DNA from: an uncultured Candidatus Saccharibacteria bacterium
GTDB taxonomy: Bacteria > Patescibacteriota > Minisyncoccia > Phycocordibacterales > Zambryskibacteraceae
Assembly (NCBI GenBank): GCA_964608585.1
Contig: CAZSOL010000001.1
Span: forward strand, 168,290-232,289
Direction: 5' to 3'
DNA length: 64,000 nucleotides
The notes under the pieces were generated by a model that saw only the letters and a list, made by a program, of their open reading frames with translations, ran no database searches and had not been told where the DNA came from. The position numbers and the translations under genes were made by a program. The first letter of the stretch is position 1; the number at the start of each line of letters is the position of its first letter. Below are positions 17,864-26,735 of this stretch, one piece after another.

Positions 17864-18646
17864 TTATTTTATAACCTCAACAAAACGTATACTACTTATA
17901 TTGCTCACTCCACTAGCTATGATTGTCTTCTGCGGATCGGTCGGCTCCACATGCACCTCTTCTACCACAGCCACAAGCTCCGAATATATACCAGGGAGAA
18001 ATATTCTGTCCCCCACCTCAACCACCGCATCACGAGGCAGATCAGACACGAAGATCCCTCCTCCGCTACCAACCAACTTCAACAGCAAATCATCTCTCTC
18101 AAGATAAGCTTCTGTTTCCAGTCCATTACTTGTATAAAGCAAAACCTTAGACTCCCTCTCACCAAGCTCGCTTATAAGACCCAAGGCTCCTCCGTGTGGG
18201 GATGAAACCTTATCTCCCACACTTACTCCGTCTCTCCTACCAAGATCTATTACCAAGATATCATATGGCACCCTAGGAGGATGAGCCAAAACACCTGCAG
18301 AAACAAACTCTCTCTCTTCGGTCCTACCAAAGAGCGAGAGCATATCCTCTTGAGTGTCCTCAAGAACACGAATACCTCTCTCAAGGATATCTACCTCAAC
18401 CAATTTACTCTTGAGTTCCGTATTCTCCCTTATCAAAGATTGCTTACTCCTAAAGGCGTCAAAAAAGTTTCCAATTCCTTGAGCAATAACATTTTCTCCC
18501 TGCCAGATTGGGGCAAAGACAGAGACTACCACTCCTCTAAAAGAGGAGAAAAATAAAACCCCAAGGAGAAAAGCACCAAAGACAATGGTTAGCCTTCTTC
18601 GCTTGATTGTGTTAGAGCTAAGCCTTCTGTGGAAGTTCGTCTTCAT
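17864..18646 (-). CDS. mreC: rod shape-determining protein MreC
   Basis: TM helix, coiled coil (ENTELKSKLVEVDILERG) and a beta-rich C-terminal domain, immediately downstream of mreB. Confidence 0.65.
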   Translation of the reverse strand: MKTNFHRRLSSNTIKRRRLTIVFGAFLLGVLFFSSFRGVVVSVFAPIWQGENVIAQGIGNFFDAFRSKQSLIRENTELKSKLVEVDILERGIRVLEDTQEDMLSLFGRTEEREFVSAGVLAHPPRVPYDILVIDLGRRDGVSVGDKVSSPHGGALGLISELGERESKVLLYTSNGLETEAYLERDDLLLKLVGSGGGIFVSDLPRDAVVEVGDRIFLPGIYSELVAVVEEVHVEPTDPQKTIIASGVSNISSIRFVEVIK

Positions 18647-19679
18647 TTTCTAATAAGATATCAGCATACTTATCAATATTCTCAAGTATAACCCCAGCTC
18701 CTCTAGCCACCGCCGAGAGAGGATCAGAGGCAACGTGGATCCTTATCCCAAGCTCCGACTCAAGTACTTCCGGAAGCCCACGAAGGAGGGCCCCACCACC
18801 AGAGAGGAAGATACCTCTCTCTATGATGTCTGCCAGAACTTCTGGCGGAGTTGTTTCTAGCACCTCCTTTATAGACAAGACAAGAGCTTCAATTGATCCG
18901 CCCAAAGCCTCTCTCAGGTCTGTGTCTGTAATAATAACTTCGCGAGGAAGGCCGGTAACAAGATCTCTACCCTTAACCTTGGCTTCAAGTGGAGCTTCCA
19001 ACTGGACCAAGGCTGTAGCAGAGAACTTCACTGCCTCGGCTGTCTTCTCTCCAATAAGAATCTTAAATTGGTTTCTAATATAAGAAATAATGTCTTGGTT
19101 GAAACGATCTCCAGCAATACGTAAGTTCTTAGACCTAACCATCCCGCCCAAAGAGATAACAGCGATGTCCGATGTGCCTCCACCAACATCTACAACCATA
19201 CTACCTACTGGATCATATATTGGTAAGCGCATCCCAATAGCGGCAGCCATTGGCTCCTCTACGACATAAACCGCACCAGCTCCAGCGTTCTTAGCAGCAT
19301 CCCTCACCGCCCTTATCTCAACCGACGTAATCCCAGAGGGGACCCCAACAATAACTCTCGGAGACATAATCTTCCTTGAGTTCTCTTGGGCCTTACTCAA
19401 GAGATAAGCAAGCATCTCTTCTGTAACCTCAAAGTCAGAGATCACTCCATCTACAAGAGGTCTGACTGCCTGTATGTGAGCCGGAGTACGACCAAGCATC
19501 GCCTTGGCCTCTGCTCCCACTGCTACCACCTGCCCCGTCTTCTCATTTACTGCTACGACAGATGGCTCGTTGATGACGATACCTCTACCACGAAGATACA
19601 CCAGAGTGTTTGCAGTACCAAGATCCACTCCAATGTCGTGGCTTAAGACGCGTCTTATCTTCTCCTTTACTCTCTTCAT
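18618..19679 (-). CDS. mreB: rod shape-determining protein MreB
   Basis: Actin fold with HDIGVDLGTANTLVY phosphate-1 and DVGGGTSD motifs. Confidence 0.9.
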   Translation of the reverse strand: MKRVKEKIRRVLSHDIGVDLGTANTLVYLRGRGIVINEPSVVAVNEKTGQVVAVGAEAKAMLGRTPAHIQAVRPLVDGVISDFEVTEEMLAYLLSKAQENSRKIMSPRVIVGVPSGITSVEIRAVRDAAKNAGAGAVYVVEEPMAAAIGMRLPIYDPVGSMVVDVGGGTSDIAVISLGGMVRSKNLRIAGDRFNQDIISYIRNQFKILIGEKTAEAVKFSATALVQLEAPLEAKVKGRDLVTGLPREVIITDTDLREALGGSIEALVLSIKEVLETTPPEVLADIIERGIFLSGGGALLRGLPEVLESELGIRIHVASDPLSAVARGAGVILENIDKYADILLENEDELPQKA

Positions 19680-19684
19680 AATGT

Positions 19685-20893
19685 TTAGTTCTTTAAGAGC
19701 CCTACCAAGGCCTTCTCATCCATCTCACTCCTCTCGCCAGTCTTTCTATCCTTAATCTCAAACTTACCTCCCTCCACACTCTTCTTGCCTACAATAATCT
19801 GAGTAGGAATACCCAAAAGATCTGCCTCAGCAAACTTCTCACCAGCACTTACCTCTCTATCATCAAGGAGCACCTCCACCCCATCTCTTACTAACTTATC
19901 ATAAAGTTCCTTAGCCTTCTCATCTTGTCCAATAGAGAGTATATGGGCACGGAATGGAGCAATGGATACAGGCCAGATTATGCCCTTATCGTCCGAAAGT
20001 ACTTCTGCTATCGTACCCATAACACGAGCTGGACCGATACCGTATGAACCCATAAAGACTGGCTTACTATCACCATTTTCATCCTTATAGGTTAGGTGTG
20101 GGTCAGAGAACTTGGTCCCAAGAGTAAAGATGTTGCCCACCTCTACTGCCTTGGCTTCCCTGCCTTCTCCACCAATTTCTTTGTTTACCGCTTCCTTCTT
20201 ATCCTCATCAGTTATATAGATAGTGTCTTCACCAGCTTCAGTAATAGTTTGAAACTCGTGCGAAAACTTGGAGAAGCTCCCCCCAGAAGCTGTGGTTAAG
20301 TACGTCCTATCGCCTAAGCCAACTCTTTCAAAGATTTTTATATATGACTTCTTGGCTCTCTCATAAAACTCTTGATGCTCTGCTTCATCTTTAGAAAACG
20401 AGTATAAGTCCTTCATCACGAACTCTCTCGTGCGCATGATACCGCTCTTGGCCCGAGCTTCGTTCCTAAACTTTGTTTGGAATTGGTAGACAGAAAAAGG
20501 TAGGTTCTTATACGAAGAGACAAATTGCTCAAGCATGTTTGAAATGGGTTCCTCGTGGGTAAAGGCGAGACCTACCTCTCCTCCATCCTTAAGATTTGTC
20601 TTAAACCAGTTGTCTACTACGTCGTCACTCCATCTACCGCTCCTCTCCCAGAGCTCCTTCCTTTGCAAAGAGGACATGAAGATCTCTTGTCCTCCTAAAG
20701 CATTCATCTCCTCACGGATGATCCCTATGATCTTATTTAACACCCGAAGGCCTAGAGGCAAGAAGTTGTAGACCCCTGCCATCTCCTTGTTGATATACCC
20801 TGCACGTATCAATAATTCAGCATTCTTGGAAACCTCATCCTTAGGGGCCTCCTTACGAGTCTTGGTAAAAAGATGGCTCTGTAACATGGCCAT
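19685..20893 (-). CDS. proS: proline--tRNA ligase, short form lacking INS editing insertion
   Basis: N-terminus MAMLQSHLFTKTRKEAPKDEVSKNAELLIRAGYI is a typical bacterial ProRS start. Class II core plus anticodon-binding domain in only 402 aa. Confidence 0.8.
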   Translation of the reverse strand: MAMLQSHLFTKTRKEAPKDEVSKNAELLIRAGYINKEMAGVYNFLPLGLRVLNKIIGIIREEMNALGGQEIFMSSLQRKELWERSGRWSDDVVDNWFKTNLKDGGEVGLAFTHEEPISNMLEQFVSSYKNLPFSVYQFQTKFRNEARAKSGIMRTREFVMKDLYSFSKDEAEHQEFYERAKKSYIKIFERVGLGDRTYLTTASGGSFSKFSHEFQTITEAGEDTIYITDEDKKEAVNKEIGGEGREAKAVEVGNIFTLGTKFSDPHLTYKDENGDSKPVFMGSYGIGPARVMGTIAEVLSDDKGIIWPVSIAPFRAHILSIGQDEKAKELYDKLVRDGVEVLLDDREVSAGEKFAEADLLGIPTQIIVGKKSVEGGKFEIKDRKTGERSEMDEKALVGLLKN

Positions 20894-20919
20894 ATCTTAC
20901 CTGAAAAGTAGGCTCAAAA

Positions 20920-21216
20920 CTAGGCCGCCTTTTTCTTCCTTTTTTCTAATTCTGACATGAAGAAATCTATACTCTTGTCCTTCTCATCATCCTCGTCTCT
21001 ATCCCACTTGTCTAAATATTCACTATCAAGTCTAAGAACTTCATCAAGTATCTCGTGAAAATCTAATGCATTCTCATTTATCCAATCTATAAAACAATTC
21101 TCTCCATCATCTGGAGAACAAACGAGACTCATGATCTGTGTCTGTATCTCATTAGAAACACGAAGCTTCTTAGCTTCCATAGATTCAGCACCACTTTCTG
21201 GACGTTCGAAATTCAT
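20920..21216 (-). CDS. small acidic hypothetical protein (98 aa)
   Basis: Intact ORF between rseP-like and proS. Very acidic C-terminal half (DRDEDDEKDKSIDFF); no known domain. Confidence 0.45.
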   Translation of the reverse strand: MNFERPESGAESMEAKKLRVSNEIQTQIMSLVCSPDDGENCFIDWINENALDFHEILDEVLRLDSEYLDKWDRDEDDEKDKSIDFFMSELEKRKKKAA

Positions 21217-21223
21217 GCAAATA

Positions 21224-22009
21224 TTATACCAACTGTCCTACATCACGGATAGTGATAAGTACCATAAGCAGTATCAGTAGGACGAAGCTCACGGTATTCA
21301 TCATATTGAAGGTCTTAGGCTCTATAGCCTTCCCTCTTACCCACTCTATAAGGATGATAAATATCCTACCTCCGTCTAAGGCTGGTATAGGCACCAAGTT
21401 TATTATGGCCAAGTTAACCGATATAAGAGCCGTGAAGTAGAGTAGATAGACGAAGCCCGCCTCACTCACAGTCCCCACTAACCCCACTAACCCCACCGGC
21501 CCCACTACCCCCGTAAGGTCTGCTGTACCAACGAAAGCCCCATAGATAAGTTGCCATATAGCCTCAATAGTTAGCCAAGTTATCATCCCTGTAGTAAGTA
21601 GTCCGTGCCAAATAGAGCCAAAGAAGCCCCGCTTCACAAAACCGTCCTGACTCTCTATGCCGATCATCTGGATGAGCGAGAAGAGGACCCATGCCAAAAT
21701 AAAGTTAGCCATAACCCCTGCTGCAAGTACAAAAATCTTCCTACCCCGACTCTTAGCTCCAAAGCTGTCACTCGTAACCTCCTCACCTTCTTCTGGGTTC
21801 TCCCCCTTGATACGGACATAGCCACCAAAGGGCAGTGAGTTGAGGAAGAAGTCGGTCCCCCGCCATGTAAAGAGTTTCTTGATCTTTGGTGGAAAACCGA
21901 GGCCAAACTCATCTACTCGTATACCTCCACCCTTCGCAGCAAAAAGGTGCCCTGCTTCATGCACAATAACCAAAACCGACAAGATTATAAGAAAGATTAT
22001 TATAGACAT
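21224..22009 (-). CDS. rseP: site-2 protease, M50 family (RseP-like, PDZ-less)
   Basis: HEAGH in TM1, GGYVRIKGE loop and NLVPIPALDGG motif in the third TM. Only 261 aa, with no PDZ between TM2 and TM3. Confidence 0.75.
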   Translation of the reverse strand: MSIIIFLIILSVLVIVHEAGHLFAAKGGGIRVDEFGLGFPPKIKKLFTWRGTDFFLNSLPFGGYVRIKGENPEEGEEVTSDSFGAKSRGRKIFVLAAGVMANFILAWVLFSLIQMIGIESQDGFVKRGFFGSIWHGLLTTGMITWLTIEAIWQLIYGAFVGTADLTGVVGPVGLVGLVGTVSEAGFVYLLYFTALISVNLAIINLVPIPALDGGRIFIILIEWVRGKAIEPKTFNMMNTVSFVLLILLMVLITIRDVGQLV

Positions 22010-22011
22010 TA

Positions 22012-22563
22012 TTATTCGGAGATCTCCTTCTCTTTTTTGTTAAACATATCCTCAAGACTCTTGTTGGCCTCATCTACAAGCTTCTGTAGATCTTGCTTAG
22101 TACGAAAGGCATCGTCCTTGCCCATCTTAGCGTCCTTCTCTTGTCTTTCCACATCGCTATGGATCTTCTCGCGCTCGTTCCTCACCCTTACTCTAGCCTC
22201 TTCAAGCTTTTGCTTGGCCACCTTGGTAAGCTCTGTCCTCCTCTCACCTGTAAGTTGTGGGAAGTTTACTCTTAACCCCTTGTCATCAACAGAAACAGAT
22301 AACCCAAGGCTTGATTGCTGTATTGCACTCTCAATAGACTTGGTAACGGTTGCATCCCAAGGGGTAATACGTACAGACTGAGAACCCTCAAGACTAATGT
22401 TGGCTACTTGGTTTATGGGCATCTTAGAGCCGTACGCATCAACCAAAACCCCATCAAGTATAGTTGGAGCAGCCTTACCAGTACGAAGTCCTGCGTACTC
22501 CTTACGCAACCACTCTAGTGCCCCCTCTGCTCCCTGCTTAAATTGTGAGAAATTGTATGCCAT
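22012..22563 (-). CDS. frr: ribosome recycling factor
   Basis: 183 aa; the conserved Frr sequence is recognisable throughout (..RTGKAAP..LDGV.VDAYG...). Confidence 0.9.
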   Translation of the reverse strand: MAYNFSQFKQGAEGALEWLRKEYAGLRTGKAAPTILDGVLVDAYGSKMPINQVANISLEGSQSVRITPWDATVTKSIESAIQQSSLGLSVSVDDKGLRVNFPQLTGERRTELTKVAKQKLEEARVRVRNEREKIHSDVERQEKDAKMGKDDAFRTKQDLQKLVDEANKSLEDMFNKKEKEISE

Positions 22564-22579
22564 GAGGCTATTGTACTTT

Positions 22580-23203
22580 CTATGGCAAGACTAAAGCAAG
22601 GTGTTCAAGGACAAGACGAGGCATCACTGCAGTATCTCTAGCATAAGAGCGCATCTTTAAAACCTTCTTAAGCACCCCAAGATCCATGCCCGAATCTCGA
22701 AGAGTAACAATTAGTGAGTCTAGAAACTCTGCTAGTGCTCCCGCCCCTCTCTTCTCCTTCTCATCTGCAAACTTCTTGGCGAAGTCTATCCTCTGCTTTA
22801 AGGTTTTCTTCAAGAACTTCTTGACCTCACTCTCTTCCTTTACACCACCCGAGACAACCTCTATATAAAGTCGCGAGACTACCGTCGGGAGGAAAACTCC
22901 AGTCTCTCTGGCAGACAAGACAAAATGAGTATTAGGCACAGGATCTTCCAAAGTCTTAAGAAGAGCGTTTTGCGCTTCACGAGTAAACTTCTCTGCTTTG
23001 ATAACAAAGAACTTCTTCTCCCCAAAAGCCTTCTCAACAGATCTCTCACTCAGGCTCCTAGCATCATCCACAGAGAAGACGTCTGTCTCTATAAGAAAGA
23101 CGTCTGGGTTCCCCACTATTTTTGTCCCTAATTCAGCAAACAAACTCTCAATACGAGAGTTTGTTTGCTCCTTCTCGCCGATGTATAGAACGGCGTGATG
23201 CAT
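22580..23203 (-). CDS. holB: DNA polymerase III delta-prime subunit-like (short, 207 aa)
   Basis: Clamp-loader AAA+ remnants: FTREAQNALLKTLEDP (sensor-1 / SRC region) and ...LPTVVSRL. Confidence 0.6.
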   Translation of the reverse strand: MHHAVLYIGEKEQTNSRIESLFAELGTKIVGNPDVFLIETDVFSVDDARSLSERSVEKAFGEKKFFVIKAEKFTREAQNALLKTLEDPVPNTHFVLSARETGVFLPTVVSRLYIEVVSGGVKEESEVKKFLKKTLKQRIDFAKKFADEKEKRGAGALAEFLDSLIVTLRDSGMDLGVLKKVLKMRSYARDTAVMPRLVLEHLALVLP

Positions 23204-23207
23204 AAGA

Positions 23208-23675
23208 CTAGTTTAGAGGCTTCTCTACTCCAAGAAGCTCAACCTCAAAGATAAGGACTGAGTTGGCTGGTATCGGACCAACGGCTCTGTCTCCATAACC
23301 AAAGTCTGGAGCAATAATAAGTCGTCTTGTGCCTCCAACTCTCATACCAGCTACACCCTCGTCCCAACCACGGATAACCTCTCTCCCCCCAAGGTTGAAG
23401 GTGAAGGGGGCTCCTCTGTCGCGTGAGCTGTCAAAAACTTTGCCATCAACCAAAGTACCTACATAATGAACCGTAACCACATCGCCAGAAGAAGCTACCT
23501 CTCCAGTACCAACTACTAACTCTTCCTTCTCTACTCCTGTAGTAATGTTTGTGTTCATGTTGTTTTCGTTTGATGTTGGGTTAAAGAGATTGGTAAAGGC
23601 ATGCCCATAAAAAAGGACTACCAAGACCAAAAGCGCTGCAGAAACCCCTATAACCTTGTTTAATGTTTTGTTCAT
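23208..23675 (-). CDS. FKBP-type peptidyl-prolyl cis-trans isomerase, membrane-anchored
   Basis: N-terminal TM helix plus an FKBP domain (GDVVTVHYVGTLVDGKVFDSS...GWDEGVAGMRVGG...LIFEVELL). Confidence 0.8.
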   Translation of the reverse strand: MNKTLNKVIGVSAALLVLVVLFYGHAFTNLFNPTSNENNMNTNITTGVEKEELVVGTGEVASSGDVVTVHYVGTLVDGKVFDSSRDRGAPFTFNLGGREVIRGWDEGVAGMRVGGTRRLIIAPDFGYGDRAVGPIPANSVLIFEVELLGVEKPLN

Positions 23676-23710
23676 AATATTACTTTTATGTATATGATAT
23701 TATAGCCCTT

Positions 23711-24409
23711 ATGCCAAAAGAACAAAACACCCCACACAACCACACCAAAGAAGACATAGAGAAGGTTGCCAAAATAAGGACAGAGAGGATAGCAAACGAG
23801 TTTGCAGAAGGCTTTAAGTTCTTAGAAGATTACCAAAAAACTGTAACCTTCTTTGGCTCTTCCTTAATGAGAGAGGACAACCTCTATTGTCGATCTGCTA
23901 GAGAACTCGCTGGAAGAATCGTGAAGGAGCTAAATTATGCAGTACTTACTGGAGGAGGACCGGGCATAATGGAGGCCGCCAATAGAGGTGCTTACGAAAA
24001 CGGAGGCGCCTCTCTAGCCCTAACTATCCGCCTCCCTCACCCACAGATAGTAAACGACTACATAACCAAACAAGTTGACCCCAACTACTTCTTCGTCAGA
24101 AAGATGATGCTCTCCTTCCAAGCAGCGGCCTTCATCTTCTACCCTGGTGGGTATGGCACCTTAGACGAATTCTTTGAAATCCTAACTCTTGTACAAACAC
24201 AGAAGCTCACCGGTACCCCTATTATATGCGTTGGAGCAGATTACTGGAACGCCCTTAAGAAGTTTATTGAGGAAGAGCTTCTTTCTCGAGAGACTATTAT
24301 CCCAAGCAATTTGGACCTGTTCACAATTACAGACAACCACGACGAGATAATGAACCTCATCAAGAAGGCTCCTGTAAGAGACAACCTAGATATAGTTCTG
24401 GAAAAATAA
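23711..24409 (+). CDS. LOG family protein (TIGR00730 Rossmann-fold; cytokinin riboside 5'-monophosphate phosphoribohydrolase-like)
   Basis: GGGPGIMEAANRGA and PGGYGTLDEFFE motifs. Confidence 0.8.
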   Translation: MPKEQNTPHNHTKEDIEKVAKIRTERIANEFAEGFKFLEDYQKTVTFFGSSLMREDNLYCRSARELAGRIVKELNYAVLTGGGPGIMEAANRGAYENGGASLALTIRLPHPQIVNDYITKQVDPNYFFVRKMMLSFQAAAFIFYPGGYGTLDEFFEILTLVQTQKLTGTPIICVGADYWNALKKFIEEELLSRETIIPSNLDLFTITDNHDEIMNLIKKAPVRDNLDIVLEK

Positions 24410-24796
24410 TTACTTAAGCAAAACCGGCACTACAAACGACTCATCTCTAATTGGGTCTCCAGATGGATTGTCCTTCATAAAGACGACCTCCGCCTCACCC
24501 TTGTAGTCAGTCTCGTAAGAAAGGCTACCAACAAAATCTACAAACTCCTCTGTCATCCACTCACCTTGGGCTGTGACGTAACTCTGGGCTAACAGATTGC
24601 CATCTTTATCAAGGAGTTTAACAGGGGCTGAAGCCTCAAAGTACCAAGGACCACGGGCCTTACCCCTAAGCTCTATGGGAGAGGATACTTCTGCGTTCTT
24701 CTTCGGAAGATCTACCGAAATTTTGGAATCGTCTAAAGACTTAAAGACAAATACAGAGATAGCGACTATTACAAATAGATAAAACAGTTTTTTCAT
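24410..24796 (-). CDS. Gmad2 immunoglobulin-like domain protein, secreted
   Basis: Start at MKKLFYLFVIVAIS (ATG); the track ORF starts at an upstream TTG. GKARGPWYFEASAPVKLLDKDGN...AQGEWMTEEF matches the Gmad2 pattern. Confidence 0.55.
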   Translation of the reverse strand: MKKLFYLFVIVAISVFVFKSLDDSKISVDLPKKNAEVSSPIELRGKARGPWYFEASAPVKLLDKDGNLLAQSYVTAQGEWMTEEFVDFVGSLSYETDYKGEAEVVFMKDNPSGDPIRDESFVVPVLLK

Positions 24797-24819
24797 ACTT
24801 TTGATATAATAGCTCAACT

Positions 24820-25467
24820 ATGAAGAAAGGCATAATTCTACTGGTGGTGCTAATTGGGCTGGGTGGACTTATCTACAACAAAAATCTAGAAACCAATAAC
24901 CTGAAGCTTAACGCTTGGGCAGTCTTTGAAACCTATCTAGATGTTGTTAAGAACCACGACCTAGATGGTCTTAAGATTTTGTCATACCAATTATCCGAAG
25001 ACTGCTTGGATGAAGGTAAGTTTGATAAATGTAAGGAGAGGATGAACAATGCCTACTTCTTTGGTCAGTCACTTAAGCTTGAAGACATAACCGAGGTGTC
25101 TTATGACAAGAAGCAGATCATTCTTGCCACCGACTACACCAAAACTATAGAAGCCACCTCAACTGGTATGATCCGTGGACTTGTCTACTTTGTGAGAGAT
25201 GAAGAGGAGATCAAGTTCCTCTCCTTGGAGCCTTTTGATGGAGTGGTAACGCTAAGAAGCACAGAGTCTACCTCAACCGTAGAAGCTAGACTAGAAGAGC
25301 TAACCAAAGACTCTGATGGTGACTATTTACCAGACAATGAGGAGACTTGTAGCGATTTGAATGTCTTAGCTTCTTGCACAAAGACAAACCCCAAGAAGAG
25401 AGACACCAACGGTGATGGCTTCTGGGATTCTACGGAAGCTCTATTCTATAAAGGCTCTACTCAATAA
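24820..25467 (+). CDS. secreted protein with thrombospondin-type-3-like calcium-binding repeats
   Basis: Signal/TM N-terminus; C-terminal DSDGDYLPDNEE and DTNGDGFWD Asp-rich Ca-binding loops. Confidence 0.45.
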   Translation: MKKGIILLVVLIGLGGLIYNKNLETNNLKLNAWAVFETYLDVVKNHDLDGLKILSYQLSEDCLDEGKFDKCKERMNNAYFFGQSLKLEDITEVSYDKKQIILATDYTKTIEATSTGMIRGLVYFVRDEEEIKFLSLEPFDGVVTLRSTESTSTVEARLEELTKDSDGDYLPDNEETCSDLNVLASCTKTNPKKRDTNGDGFWDSTEALFYKGSTQ

Positions 25468-26626
25468 AGGTCAGGGCCTTACCCTTCTTCTCTGCTCTAC
25501 CAGTACGCCCTATGCGATGGACATAGTCCTCATAAGTAGCTGGCAGGTCAAAGTTGATGACGTGTGATACATCAGCGATATCTAACCCTCTAGCAGCTAC
25601 ATCGGTAGCAATGAGAGCTTGAATCCTGTTATCCTTAAACTCCTTTAGAGCTCTCTGTCTTGCAGACTGTTGCTTATCACCATGTATAGCATCGGCCTTA
25701 ATACCTGAACTTATAAGAAACTTAGAGAGTCTGTCTGCCCCACCCTTAGTACGAGTAAAGACAATAACCTTACCGAAGCCTTCTTGTCTCAAGAGATCCA
25801 AAAGAACTTCTGGCTTCGTCTTGCCCTTGATGCGGATAACGTCTTGGTCAATATTTTGAGAGGTGTCGCGAGTCTTTACGGAGATACGTGCAGGAGTCTT
25901 GAGAAACTCGTGTATCAAACCTTCAATCTCTCTTGAGAGAGTCGCAGAGAAGAAGATAGTCTGTCTATCCTTAGGCATCTTGCCCAACATAAAGCGCATA
26001 TCGTTTATAAAGCCCATATCAAGCATCCTATCGGCCTCATCTAGCACAACTGTTTTAAAGCGAGAGAGATCTAAACGTCTAGCATCTATATGGTCCTTAA
26101 GCCTCCCTGGAGTACCAATGACAAAGTGATGCTCATGACGAAGCTCGGTTATCTGCTTGCCTATACCTGCCCCGCCAATACATATCACAGAGTAGAGCCC
26201 TGATCCTTTAGCAAAAACTCTAAGCTCCTCGTCTATCTGATGAGCCAACTCTCTTGTAGGCACGACGACTAGGACCTTCTCTCTAGGGTTCTTGAGAAGT
26301 TTGTCTATAAGAGGTATAAGGAAGGCTGCTGTCTTGCCTGTACCAGTGTTGGCAATCCCTACAACATCCTCACCACGAAGTATATGAGGTATAGCTCTAT
26401 CTTGGATAGGAGTCGGTAACAGGTAATTCTTAGAAGCAATGTTTGACTTCAAAAGTTCTCCAACAGGAAAGTCAGAGAACTTGTGCTCTGGTACAAACTC
26501 CACTACCTCCTCTGTGATAACAGCTTTGTTAACAAACTTAGAGACATCTGAGAAGAGTTTCTGTGGGCGCTTATTTGACCTAAATGTGTGTGGCAGACGA
26601 CGTGGTCCGCGGTTTCTTGAATACAT
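25457..26626 (-). CDS. DEAD-box ATP-dependent RNA helicase
   Basis: Q motif, GTGKTAAF (motif I), DEAD, SAT and HRIGRTGR. Confidence 0.9.
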   Translation of the reverse strand: MYSRNRGPRRLPHTFRSNKRPQKLFSDVSKFVNKAVITEEVVEFVPEHKFSDFPVGELLKSNIASKNYLLPTPIQDRAIPHILRGEDVVGIANTGTGKTAAFLIPLIDKLLKNPREKVLVVVPTRELAHQIDEELRVFAKGSGLYSVICIGGAGIGKQITELRHEHHFVIGTPGRLKDHIDARRLDLSRFKTVVLDEADRMLDMGFINDMRFMLGKMPKDRQTIFFSATLSREIEGLIHEFLKTPARISVKTRDTSQNIDQDVIRIKGKTKPEVLLDLLRQEGFGKVIVFTRTKGGADRLSKFLISSGIKADAIHGDKQQSARQRALKEFKDNRIQALIATDVAARGLDIADVSHVINFDLPATYEDYVHRIGRTGRAEKKGKALTFIE

Positions 26627-26735
26627 AACAATAAACCTTGGCTCTTAGGTTTATTGCTTTGTGGGAGCGGGCGTTAGAGAGTTCTCAAACGAAACCTGTG
26701 AGTGTTAGTTACCTATTAAGTATAGACCACTCGAA

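Noticed and set aside
26630-26656. Inverted repeat AATAAACC-N10-GGTTTATT immediately upstream of the DEAD-box helicase start.
   Set aside because: It has only an 8-bp AT-rich stem, no flanking T-tract in a sensible orientation, and overlaps the helicase start region. It is not convincing as a terminator, though it could be a minor 5' UTR structure.
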